Positions 38,775 to 50,670 of a DNA stretch of 64,000 nucleotides are shown one piece after another. Source of the stretch: Octopus vulgaris (Eukaryota); the NCBI GenBank assembly GCA_951406725.2, contig OX597823.1:60512001-60576000 (forward strand), written 5' to 3'. Both the position numbers and the translations under genes were made by a program. Position 1 is the stretch's first letter; every line of letters starts with the position of its first letter. The notes below the pieces were generated by a model that did not search any database, was not told the origin of the DNA, and saw only the letters and a program-made list of their open reading frames with translations.

Positions 38775-38890
38775 GCTATAAAGAATAGCATGTAAATATT
38801 AGTTTGGGAAACTCTTGGATAGAAGAGCCAACAAATTTTTCTATCCTATAGGATTTTTCAAGTCAATATTTACATGCTGTTATTTATAGC
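38775..38890 (+). other. 116-nt imperfect hairpin
   Basis: GCTATAAAGAATAGCATGTAAATATT versus AATATTTACATGCTGTTATTTATAGC, inner GGATAGAA/TTCTATCC. Confidence 0.8.
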
Positions 38891-38993
38891 TCTATGTGTG
38901 CTTCGAGATGCAGTTCCAAAAAAAGAATTATTTCACATTCTCTTGAAATTTTAAGATATATGTATGTTTGTGTATGTGTGTGTGTGTGTGTGT

Positions 38994-39034
<41 letters not shown>

Positions 39035-39089
39035 TATATGTACACATACACATACACACACACACATATATTTTTTTATTTCTTTATGT

Positions 39090-39408
39090 GAAGGTGCATG
39101 GCTCAGTGATTAGAGCGTTGAGCTTACGATCGTAAGGTTGTGAGATCAAATCCCGGACCAGGCTGTGTGTTGTGTTCTTGAGCAAAACACTTTATTTCAT
39201 GTTGCTCCAGTTCACTCAGCTGTAGAAATGAGTTGCGACGTCACAAGCTGTATTGGCCTTTGCCTTTCCCTTGGATAATACTTGTGTCATGGAGAGGGGA
39301 GGCATAGGCAACTGCTGGTCTTCCATAAACAACCTTGCCTGGACTTGTGCCTGGGAGGGTAACTTTCGAGGTGCAATTCCATGGTCAGTCATGACCGAAG
39401 GGTGTCTC
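39090..39408 (+). mobile_element. SINE family D
   Basis: Collinear with the 9197 and 57361 copies. Confidence 0.92.
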
Positions 39409-39484
39409 AGAGAGATTCCTTTATATGTTTCAGCCCTGTGGCTGCAGCCATGCGGGCACACTGCCAATGGTAAAAATGACACGC

Positions 39485-39548
39485 CTCCCCTGCGGGGAAA
39501 CAAACCCTGGTCTCCCACGTGATAGGTGGGGATACTTACCAGTATCAT
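39485..39548 (-). pseudogene. tRNA-Asp(GTC)-derived pseudogene, 5' end lost or decayed
   Basis: TGGTAAGTATCCCCACCTATCACGTGGGAGACCAGGGTTTGTTTCCCCGCAGGGGAG matches metazoan tRNA-Asp with mostly transition changes; anticodon now ATC; TTTTT follows, no CCA. Confidence 0.85.
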
Positions 39549-39780
39549 CAGTAGTTCTAAAGCACTATATCTAAAGCACTAGAGCAATAATGTATTATTT
39601 AGGAAGTTCAAAGTCATGGCAAGTTATAGAGTGACCATTGGTTTACACCTATAATGCACTTGTGGAACCAATGGCCATTCAATGACCGGCCATACATTTA
39701 AACTTCCTTAGTTACACACATACATACATACATACAAACATACACACATACATACATACATACATACATACATACATACA

Positions 39781-39813
<33 letters not shown>

Positions 39814-39959
39814 GTATGTATATAAAGTGGTTAGGGTGTTGGATCCATGAGCATAAAATTGTGCTTTTGATTCCTGGATTGGGCAACACATTGTGTTCTT
39901 GAGCAAAACACTTCATTTCACATTGTCCCAGTCCACTCAGCTGGCAAAAATGAGCAATG

Positions 39960-40668
39960 TTGCAACTGGATGCCTTTCCTGTCACCAACCTTCTTATGTT
40001 TCTCGCATGTTTCTCATGAAAGACTGGAAATAACAACTTCACTTGTATGATAATGATGCTCATTTGCAACCATTATGTGATATCTAGACAAGGTTACATA
40101 CAAACACACACACATACACACATTCACTGTCATATACACAATAGGCTTCTTTCGGTTCCGTTCTACTGTATCCACTCACAATGCTTTGATCAGCCTAAGA
40201 TTACAGTAGAGGACAGTAGAGTACGGTTGACTCCAAGAGCAAAAGACCACATTTTTGGGAAGCAATCTTCTTAACAACACAACCAAGTCTGCACTTCTAT
40301 ATATTCTTTTATTCTTTTATTTAATGCAGTCATTTGACTGCGACCATTGCTTGACAACTGATGTTGGTGTGTTCACATTCCTGTAACCTAGCAGTTCGAC
40401 AAAAGAGACTGATAGAATAAGTGCTAGGCTTACAAAGAATAAGTTCTGGAATTGATTTCTTAAACTAAAGTTGGTGCTCCAGCATGGCCGCAGTCAAATG
40501 ACTGCATTAAATAAAAGAATAAAAGAATATATAGAAGTGCAGACTTGGTTGTGTTGTTAAGAAGATTGCTTTGTGAGTGGATTTGGAAGACAGAAACTGA
40601 AAGAAATCTGTTGTATACATGTGTGTGTGTATGTGTATGTTTGTGTGTATGTGTGTGTGTGTGTGCGC

Positions 40669-40699
<31 letters not shown>

Positions 40700-40960
40700 C
40701 ATGTGTGTGTGTGCATGAGTGTGCACATGTGTGTGCATGTCTTAGCATCTGTGTTTGTCCCTCCCCCATACCACTTGGCAACCAGTGTTGGTGAGTCTAC
40801 AACCCCATAAGTTAGCAGTTCGGCAAAAGGAGACTGATGGAATAAGTACCAGACTTGAAAGAAAAATAGTACTTGGGTCAATTCATTTGACTAAAGACTC
40901 TTCAAGGTGGTGCCCCAGCATGGCCACAGACTAATGACTGAAACAAATGAAAAATATAAG
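39960..40960. mobile_element. Rearranged cluster of family A SINE pieces in both orientations
   Basis: Minus head 40140-40298, plus tail 40347-40525, plus copy 40532-40960. Confidence 0.85.
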
Positions 40961-41115
40961 ATGAAATAAATAATGAAAAGCTCCTGAACATAATGTCCCA
41001 GTGCAACCACAGTGTTATGACTGAAACCTGTGCAAGGACAAAAGAAAATATTTTAAGAAATGGAAACTTATTTTAGAAAGAGAAGAGATGGCAGAATATA
41101 ACTGCAATATCTTAC

Positions 41116-41172
41116 CGCTTCTCATGTTATGCCAACATTTAGCTAATGTCCTCATTTGCAGAGAGTTATCCA
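41116..41172 (-). CDS. Candidate 57-nt exon (VDNSLQMRTLAKCWHNMRS), phase 1 to 1
   Basis: Acceptor cttttctttgtttcaaaacAG, donor GCG|GTAAGA, single open frame. Confidence 0.35.
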
Positions 41173-41235
41173 CTGTTTTGAAACAAAGAAAAGCTTTCAA
41201 TCTGCACGCTAATGTTTAACCATTTGTTAAATAGA

Positions 41236-41710
41236 AATGGTAAACTGATGCCATTATGTTGTGGTTTTGACAGTTAATCTGTGAATTCTTAGTTAACTTT
41301 TTTCATTTGAATTCCTTTGTTTTGTTTTTTTTTTGTAAGAAAACAAACAAACAAAAAATGGTAAACTATTGTGTTATTTTGTGATTTTGACACTAAGTCG
41401 ACGAATTCTTGGTTAATTATTTTCAGTCAAATTTCATTGATTTTGTAAGAACATAAAAATGGTAACCCCTCCCCCAGACACACACACAGACACACAACAC
41501 ACACAGACACACACACACACCATGCTTGATGCGTTATGTTGTAATTTTGATTCTAAAATTGTGATTTATAAGCAAATCATTCAGTTGAATTCCATTGTTT
41601 TCCATATGAAAACAAAGAAAATGGTTTACTGATTGGTTGTGTTACAAATTTTGATGCTAAGACTGTGATTTATTAGAGAAACATTTCTGTTGAACTTTAT
41701 TGTTTTTTGT
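41236..41710. repeat. Old ~100-bp tandem array x4
   Basis: AAATGGT..TTTTGA..TCA.TTGAA at ~41236, 41357, 41457 and 41619; unit 3 carries a (CA)n insert. Confidence 0.75.
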
Positions 41711-42037
41711 CCTGCTATTTATTTGTTTTTTATTCCTGACAGAGATAAAGTAGTCAAATAAGCAAACTTTAATATTACTTTCAAAATCAGATGTAATTCA
41801 CCAAAATGCTACAGCCACTAGTTCATATTCATATATGCTTGTTTCTTCTATCTACCTCTTCTGTTGCTATAACAATTGCTTTTGTTCAACTGAACCCACT
41901 ATGTTCATAAACCTCCTCACCATAACCAAGGCCCAGCTGACACAATTGTTTTCCCCCCTCTTCCTTGCCATCTCTCACAATCTCCTATGGAAACTTTTCA
42001 TAACCATTCCTTCCTAGAACTATTGTATGCTCTAGAT

Positions 42038-42318
42038 CAATGGTCCAAACCAGGGTCCATATGACCTTTGAGGACCCTTATTTGGACCCTCAGGGGTCCA
42101 AATAAGATTTTGTTGGTAAAGCTTATGAGCAATAAATTGGTTGTACTTCTACAATACTCAAAAATATTTTAACAATTTTTTTTTCGTACAATTCCTAATA
42201 ATTTTTAATTATAAAAATACAATCAGACTTCTCTAAACATCGAATGGCTATGAAGATCCATCTGAGAAAATAGGAATGAAAGGGGGTCTATAAATTAAAA
42301 AATGGTTAAGAACCACTT
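42038..42318. mobile_element. hAT (Charlie/MER5-like) MITE
   Basis: Ends CAATGGTCCAAACC and GGTTAAGAACCACTT; 8-bp TSD CTCTAGAT/CTCTGGAT; right part also at ~20133-20212. Confidence 0.8.
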
Positions 42319-43207
42319 CTCTGGATTTATTACCCACCCCAACTAATCTTGTATTACAGGGTCCTATATTGTCCAGTATTGTACCATGCTGATTCTATCT
42401 GAAGAATGCATTGCAGGTACAAATGTCTGTGGGATACTCAGCCTCTTAAAACACTATTCCATTGAGTAGGTTGTTCAGTTGCTGAAACGAAAAACAATCA
42501 TAGTCAAAAACCAAAAAAATAAAATCCAATTTTACATTAATAATATTGTAATTAATTACAGCTAATTATAACTGCAACTTAGTCCCAAAACCAATTATGA
42601 TATTCGATCACTAAATTGCAATGAAATTTTTGTAATGTACACAGGTTAAGTTAAACATAGCCAACCCTATTATTCTCTCCTAGATGCTGCTTAGCCCTGT
42701 GTCACTCATGACAAAACATACCTATGATCAAAGGAGTTAAATATTGATCTCTGTCTTTTTCTTAATTTTTATTTATCTGTTCTTTTTTTTTTTAAAAAAA
42801 AAGAAGAGAGAAAGTGATGAAACACTTGTTGGCATTTTATTTTATTGATTACCTCCACCAATACCCTTGAAGGATGAAAATCAAAGTAGAGTTCAAAGAA
42901 TATTGATCAGTAAAATTAACACGTGGTCACACATTTCAAATGAAGAGAATTATGTAGCTAATTAAATCAACCTTCGGTACTTGAGAGGTACTTTTAATTT
43001 TATTGATCCCAGACGAATAAAAGTACAGTTGGCTGCACCAAGATTTGAACTCAAGATAAAGGGGACCGTACCTAAATATTGCATGGAATGCCATTTGTTG
43101 ATTTAATAATTCTGTAAATCCACTGTGCTTTTTTCTGAGAGTAATTTTGGAAGTTATAGGCAGCACACAGGTGATTTTGTGGGTTTTTTGCTGTTTTTTT
43201 CCCAGTA

Positions 43208-43624
43208 TTTTTTACCTTTTATTTGTTTCAGTCATTGGATTGTAACCATGCTGGGGCACCATTTTTAAGTGTTTAGTTGAACAAAGTGACCCTTGTACAT
43301 TTTTTTAAGCCTGTCAGTCTCTCTTTTGCTGAACTGAGTTATGAGGACATAAACAACCCGACACCAGTTATCAAATGGTGGTGGGGGACAAACACTGACA
43401 TAAACACATACACACACACAGACATATATTTATATATGGGTGTGTATGTATGTATGTATGTATGTATGTATGTATGTATGTATGTATGTATGTATGTATG
43501 TATGTATGTATGGTATGTATGTATAATAGTAGAAGACACTTATCTAAGGTGCCATAGAGTGTGACTGAACCTAGAACAATGGGGTTGAAAAGCAAATTTA
43601 TTATCATACAGCCACGTCTGCACC
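43208..43624 (-). mobile_element. SINE family A, diverged
   Basis: TGTTTCAGTCATT tail; TAGTAGAAGACACTT..GACTGAACC head. Confidence 0.8.
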
Positions 43625-44086
43625 TTCTTTTTTTTATATATCCCAAGTTTTGGGATAATTGGATGGAAGAGAGAAACTTATCTTTAAACTGGAGATCTAA
43701 CCAAAGTGCAGATTCAGCAGAGCAGATTCAGCTAAAGTCTTACTCCAAGGGCCAGTTGATTGTGTAGAACTGGATAATGGATTAAGTGTACTATTCAAAA
43801 AATGAAGCAGCTCCTCATATTTCTACCAAATTCCTGCCGCACTAATAGACATATTCGTACAAGTCTCTGCACAGTGGAACTGAACTCAAAATATCAAAAT
43901 AGCAATGAGAATTTAATTTTTTTTTTTTTGCCAAATCACTAAGTTACAGGAACATAAACATACCAACACTGGCTGCTAAACAGTGGTGGAGAACAAACAC
44001 ACACAGACACAGACATAAACATACACACACACAAACATATATATATATACATTATGTAGATACATATATATATGTATGTATGTGTG

Positions 44087-44135
<49 letters not shown>

Positions 44136-44464
44136 CATCATCGTCATCATTATCATTTAATTTCCTCTTTCTGGTTTGACAGGAGCTGGCCAGGCAGGAG
44201 CCAGCAGCATGCTTCTGTGTCTGTTTTGGTATGGTTTTTATGGCTGGATGCCCTTCCTAACACCAACCCCTCCATAGGGTGGACTGAGTGTATACACACA
44301 CTCACTCACACACACACATACACACACACACACACACAATGACCTTCTTTCTGTGTCCCATCATGTGTGTCTGTATGTATATATATGTGTGTGTGTGTAT
44401 GTGTATATGTGTGTGTGTGTGTATAGATAGCTGGATAGATAGATATACAGATAGGTAGATATAT

Positions 44465-44504
<40 letters not shown>

Positions 44505-44652
44505 CATCATCATCATCATCATCATTGTTTAACGTCCGCTTTCCATGCTAGCATGGGTTGGACGGTTCAACTGGGGTCTGGGAAGCCCGAAGGCTGCACC
44601 AGGCCCAGTCAGATCTGGCAGTGTTTCTACAGTTGGATGTCCTTCCTAACAC
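44505..44652 (-). mobile_element. RTE LINE 3'-end fragment (family C)
   Basis: (CAT)n GTTTAACGTCCGCTTTCCATGCTAGCATGGG..; nearly identical to the end of 55180-55846. Confidence 0.9.
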
Positions 44653-45499
44653 CTATACATACACACACATGCGCACGCGCACACACACACACACAAACAT
44701 GATGGGCTTCCTTCAGATTTCATTAAATTAATCAAGTCACCAAGCTTTGATTAGACAGAGCTATGATACAAAATACATGTTGAAGGTGTCTTGTAGTGGG
44801 ACTGAACCCGAAACCATGTAGTTGGAATCCTAATTTCTTATGACACATCCACACCAGTGCCTATTTTTCTTTTTTAACTTAGAAAGAATCACCTAAGCAA
44901 ATCACTTCACAGTGAAATTAAACTCAAAATATTACAGCATCAATGGAAATTTCCTTAACTGCCCACCCAGCTCTGCCACAGTTATGCTCAACCATTACTC
45001 ATCAAAGATGCCATAAAAGAATTTATGATAAAAGCAATTAAATCAACATTCTTAATCATTAAGAAATACAGACTTAGCTTTCATAAGTTTCGTGCTCGAC
45101 ATTTTTAGTCAGTTTAAGGAAGAGAGAGAGAGAAGGAGATGATGACGATGATGACAACGATGATGACAATGATGATGATGACCGTTGATCATTGATAACA
45201 TGAGACCTGTTGCATTATGGATGTTTGTGATTTATTTAAGTGTATTTATGATAAATTTCTGAGTAATGTTTTAGTATCGATTCCATACATTTATTTTAGC
45301 TATTTATAAAATATATGTAATTTTGGATTGAACGTGCCTACAACTTAAACTTCTGTTGTATTTTTACATCCTAATGTTCTTTTGTAGCTAATTTTCAGCA
45401 AAGCAGAGAGAGAGAGAGAGAGAGAGAGCAATAGGAAAGTTAACTGTCAGTTGTAATGCAGAAGGAGCCACTAAGACAGGCAGCTTTTATATTTTGTTT

Positions 45500-46076
45500 T
45501 TTTATCTTTTACTTGTCTCAGTCATTGGACTATAGCCATGCTGGGGCACTGCTATTAAGAGTTTTAGTGAAGCAAGTTGACCCCTCCCCCCAGTTCTTAT
45601 TTTCTAAAGATTAATATGCATTCTATTGGTCTCTTGTGCCAAAACACTAAGTTACAGGGCCGTAAACAAACAGGCACTGGTTGGCAGGCAGTAGGGGAGG
45701 AGTGGGCAAACACAACCACAACCACAAAGACACACATAGCTACACAACACACATACACATACACACAGGCACACAAACACACACATATGCACACATGCAC
45801 ACACATACCCACACACACACACACATGTATGTAACTATTAGTAGCTCTTTAAGATGTGTATTTAAATTGATATATATATGTATATATATATATATATATA
45901 CATACATTCATGTGTACAATGGGCTTCTTTCAGCCTCTGTCTATCAAATCCACTCACAAGCCCTTGTTGACCCAGGGCTATAGAAGAAGATACCTGCATA
46001 AGGTGTCACTCAGTATGACTGAACCTGGAACCATGTGGTTTGGAGCCAAACTTCTTAACATGCAGCCACACCTGCC
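45500..46076 (-). mobile_element. SINE family A
   Basis: Tail at 45500, long CA/TA centre, head ending CAGCCACACCTGCC. Confidence 0.85.
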
Positions 46077-46361
46077 TGAGTTACCTTTCTAGAGAAGTGG
46101 ACTGCATGAGACATAACTCATCCATAAACAAGCCACGCTACTAAAAAAAATGAAAGTATTTTTTTCATAAGGCATGCCATTCAGAATGCACCACAGGCTA
46201 CAGTTTGCCCATGGCTGCTCTACGTTGCTCAACCTGCTAGAAATAGCAGCAGCAACCAAATCACCTTTAAATCACAACATGTCATTTAAAATAAAAGGAT
46301 ACTCTGAGCAACACAGGCCTTTAGATAAGCCATTCTCAAACTGACAGGTCCTCCACACAGA

Positions 46362-46568
46362 TATTGGTTTCAAATTTTGGCAAAAGGCCAGCAATTTCAA
46401 GGAAAGTGGTAAGTTGATTACATCAATCCCAGCACTTAACTGGTATTTTTTTAGCGACCCTGAAAGAATGAAAGACAATTTGGAATTTGAACTCAGAGTG
46501 TAAAGATGGATGAAATGCTGCCAAACATTTTGCCTGGAATGTTAATGATTTAGTCAGCTTGCCGCCTT
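46362..46568 (-). mobile_element. SINE family B
   Basis: ATATTGGTTTCAAATTTTGGCA..GAATTTGAACTCAGA. Confidence 0.8.
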
Positions 46569-46689
46569 ATTAATTAAATTTTCTCTAGCTGATTCTTTCT
46601 TTATCAGAAAACAACATAGTGATTGCATCATCATCATTTAACGTCCATTTTTCCACATTTGGATGGGTTAGGCGGAATTTTATTGAGAT

Positions 46690-46868
46690 AGGCATCGGAG
46701 TGGCTGTGTGGTAAGTAGCTTGCTTACCAACCACATTGTTCCGGGTTCAGTCCCACTGCGTGACACCTTGGGCAAGTGTCTTTAACTATAGCCTCGGGCC
46801 GACCAAAGCTTTGTGAGGGGATTTGTTAGACGGAAACTGAAAGAAGCCTGTCATATATATGTATACAG

Positions 46869-46930
<62 letters not shown>

Positions 46931-47148
46931 GTGTGTGTGTGTGTGTGTGTTTGTGGGTCTGTGTTTGTCCCACCAACATCGCTTGACAACCGATGCTGGT
47001 GGATTTACGTCCCCGTAACTTAGCAGTTCGGCAAAAGAGACCGATAGAATAAGTACTAGGCTTGCAAAGAATAAGTCCTGGGGTCGATTTGCTCAACTAA
47101 AGGTGGTGCTCCAGCATGGCCACAGTCAAATGACTGAAACAAGTAAAA
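46690..47148 (+). mobile_element. SINE family A, full length
   Basis: Head GGAGTGGCTGTGTGGTAAG, B box GGTTCAGTCCC, CORE-like CCTTGGGCAAGT, tail. Confidence 0.95.
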
Positions 47149-47344
47149 ATGTACAGAGTATAGCTTTTCTGCTGCTAGATGCCTTTCCTATCACCTACTG
47201 TTGCTTATTTCCAAACAAGATAATATTTCTTGTGGTCAGGAATGTTTTTTCGTTGAAGGCTGGAAACAAACAACATCACTTACATGAAAATGAAGTTCAT
47301 TTACAACCGTTACACGATGTCGAAAGAAAGGTACCCATAAACAC

Positions 47345-47796
47345 TTTGTTTAAATGCCTGTTTTACAGTAAATTGGAAGAGGGCAAGTGCACACAAGGTG
47401 CACAGGAAAAGCACTTCGAAGATACACTCAAACCTTACTGAAGTGCTTTCAGATCAACTCCAACAGATGGGAAATGCAAGCACAGGACCACCCTGCCTGG
47501 TGTAGCTTCACCAACAGAAGTGCCACCTCCTACAAACAGAATAGAATTGCAAGAGCACAAAGTAAACATGAGCTGCACAAGTCCAGAGCCAACTCATTGC
47601 CTTCATTCCCAGCAGGCCTCTACTACATGACCTATGGCAGGCAGAACCATCCAAGCATGCATCAGCCTGATTGGTCACAGCCAGACACACTGTGACTCAT
47701 CTTCTTCTCCTATGTAATATCCTTGGTCATCGTTGACAACAACAGATGGACATTATTATTATTATTATTATTATTACTATTATTATTATTATTATT
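47345..47796 (+). mobile_element. RTE-clade (BovB-like) LINE 3' end with (ATT)n tail
   Basis: LFYSKLEEGKCTQGAQEKHFEDTLK, WEMQAQDHPAW, ISLIGHSQTH and the TGGTCATCGTTGACAAC 3' motif. Confidence 0.88.
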
Positions 47797-47866
47797 GTAT
47801 ATATATACATAAGTTTGGTGATGCAAATAGGTAAAATAGAATTCAAAGCATGAGCCTCTCTCTCTT

Positions 47867-47920
<54 letters not shown>

Positions 47921-48253
47921 CACAAAGGTATCCATATGCGTGGATATTAACAATCGAAACTGATCGGTACATAGGCAATCATTTTTATTTCATATATTTT
48001 CACTTGTCTTGCTTATTTTTAATACTTTGGTTTGTGCTGAGTTTTTTATTTGTGAACATATTCTTTGTGGAAAATAGCGATTTGACGTCTATATCTAGCA
48101 TGTTGACCGTCCACTTTTAGTGGTCAGTCCTTTAAATTTTGTATGTAAAAATATTTTAATCTTCGGATTTTTTTAATATGCTAGGCCACTGGTTTTAATT
48201 GATTAATATCAATTTCTACCCTTATTAAATTTTATATATATATATATGATATT

Positions 48254-48580
48254 CATCATCATCATCATCATGTCATTTAACATCTGTTGTCCATGATGGC
48301 ATGTGTTGGACGGTTCTGACCAGAGCTGGCAAGCTTGGGAACTACACAAGACTCCAGTCTGATTTGGCATGGTTTCTACAGCTGGATGCCCTTCCTAACA
48401 CCAACCAGTTTATGTCGTACAGCACAAGAACTTTTATATGGCACTGCACTAGCGCTTTTATGTGATTTTGCACAAGTGCTTTTACATTGCAGCACATGGG
48501 CACTTTTACATGATGCCATATGGGTGCTTTTCCATGGCGCCACAAGAGCACTATTATGTGACATCACAAAGGCACTTTTA
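48254..48580 (-). mobile_element. Family C 3' end with ~7 tandem ~24-bp units
   Basis: (CAT)n tail, CTACAGCTGGATGCCCTTCCTAAC, then repeated GCTTTTA(C/T)-type units. Confidence 0.8.
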
Positions 48581-48859
48581 GAAAGAACTTTACACCACCA
48601 GAGAGACCAGTCTTAACAGTTCTACTGTGACGTATGAGTTTTCTTGAGTACAGCAAGGCATCAGCCACTTTGGTCCTTTGTCATCGTGCCCTGAAAGGTT
48701 CACCATCCATATTGATATTTAGTCACTCTGTCGCTTCTGCTAAATATTAATAAAAACATATATAAATATCTGCCACATTTAGGTGGAAAATATACTTCAC
48801 AATTCCGTGCTGCTACTGTTTACATCTCACTCAGAGATTTATTATTGCTTACATAAAAA

Positions 48860-48890
48860 TAGATAGAAAGATAGAAAGATAGATAGATAA

Positions 48891-48970
<80 letters not shown>

Positions 48971-48983
48971 GTAGGTAGATAGG

Positions 48984-49044
<61 letters not shown>

Positions 49045-49152
49045 CAGATTGGAGACTGGTGCAGCCTTCTGGCTCGCCGGCCCTCAGTCAAACAATCCAA
49101 CCCATGCCAGCATGGAAAGTGGACGTTAAAAGATGATGATGATGATGATGAT
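48860..49152 (+). repeat. (GATA)n array followed by a family C 3' fragment
   Basis: Long GATA run, then AGATCAGATTGGAG..GCATGGAAAGTGGACGTTAAA(GAT)n. Confidence 0.9.
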
Positions 49153-50404
49153 ATATATATAGAGAGAGAGAGACAATGGGCTTCTTTCAGTTTCTTTCCA
49201 CCAAATCCACTCACATGGCATTGGTTGGCCTGAGGCTATTGTACCAGTTTTCACAAAGTGGGACCAAACCTGAGACCATATGGATAGGAAGCAAGCTTCT
49301 TAACTACACAGCCACACCTGCATCCATATAATTATTGTCTTTTTTGAATGGTTTGGGACAAGTCTAAATGTTGGTAAACATCATAATTTTATTTTAAAGA
49401 TGGCAAATTTGTCTGCCTTGCAGTTCACTCCATCCTCATATGAAGCACCACTTTATATATATGTAAAAGGTGGAATGGTCACAACTGGAATGTGTTTGAT
49501 CGTAGGATTGCAATGCTATCTGATCAGGAATGACTTGGAGATGTAAAACAACTGCAACAAGTGTTTCAATCTATATGCACACACACACACACACACATGC
49601 ACACAGACACACACACACACGTACACAGACAACACACGTCATAATGGTGAAGCGATATGAACCATCGATTCTTCAGTTGACAGTTGGGCAGTTTTATGAC
49701 TCAACAATCTTTTACTCTCCAATTATAGTTACACAGAGACAAAAAAAAACAAAAATAAGAATAAAATAAAAACAAAACATTAAAAAAAAATATTTAACCA
49801 AACAAACCAAAAAAAAAAAACAAAAAGAAATTTCACTTCAAACATTATATTTTTAAATATACTCTTTCTAATCTACTTTTCATCTCACTGAGATTATTCC
49901 TCTCAAAGAGATTCCTAAAAATAAACCACATTTATACATATAGATTCATACGTTTATATGTGATCACACATTTTATCTGTGTAGTCCGTACATATTAATT
50001 TATTCTAGTTTGGGTTTTTTGTTGTTTTTTTTGTTTTGTCTTTTTTTTGCTTTTTGCAGCATTTTGATTCATATTTTTTCTTTCTTTACTTTTCTTTTTT
50101 CATCTCTCTTTTCTTTTCTTTTCTTTTCTTCAAGTTAAAAAACAAAAAAAAAAAAAAAAAATAACGAAACACAAACTGATGTATATCTTTGGTGACAATG
50201 ATGAGCATATGTAGTAAGCACATGTGGATATCGTATAAAATAAAAACCACAGCTATGAAATGTTAATGAGAAAATTTCTCTTGTTGAACCTTCGTCATCG
50301 TAAGCAACTTCATATGTTCTCACTTAACCTGAACGAAATTAGAAATAGCAGCCAAATCTCTCTTAGAAATTTACACCCTCCCTTCATAACGAAGAAAAGA
50401 AGAC

Positions 50405-50670
50405 AACCATCATCATCATCATCATCATCATCATCATTACTTCAATGTCTACTTTCCCTTGCTCACATGAGTTGGACAGCATTTTCATTGAGGTGGACAT
50501 TCTACAGCTGGATGCTGTTCCTATCGTCAGCCCTCACCTGTTTCCAAGTAAGGTAATGTCTCCCCTGTGACCAGACATGTTTGCACAGAAGAGAGGAAAT
50601 GAAGGACACTACTTGTATGACAGTGACACATGTTTACAACTATCATGCAATGTCAAGGCAAGGAGTTACA
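50405..50670 (-). mobile_element. SINE 3' module with RTE-type tail
   Basis: (CAT)n..CTACAGCTGGATGC..CACCTGTTTCCAAGTAAGGTAAT; homologous to 1080-1352. Confidence 0.7.
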
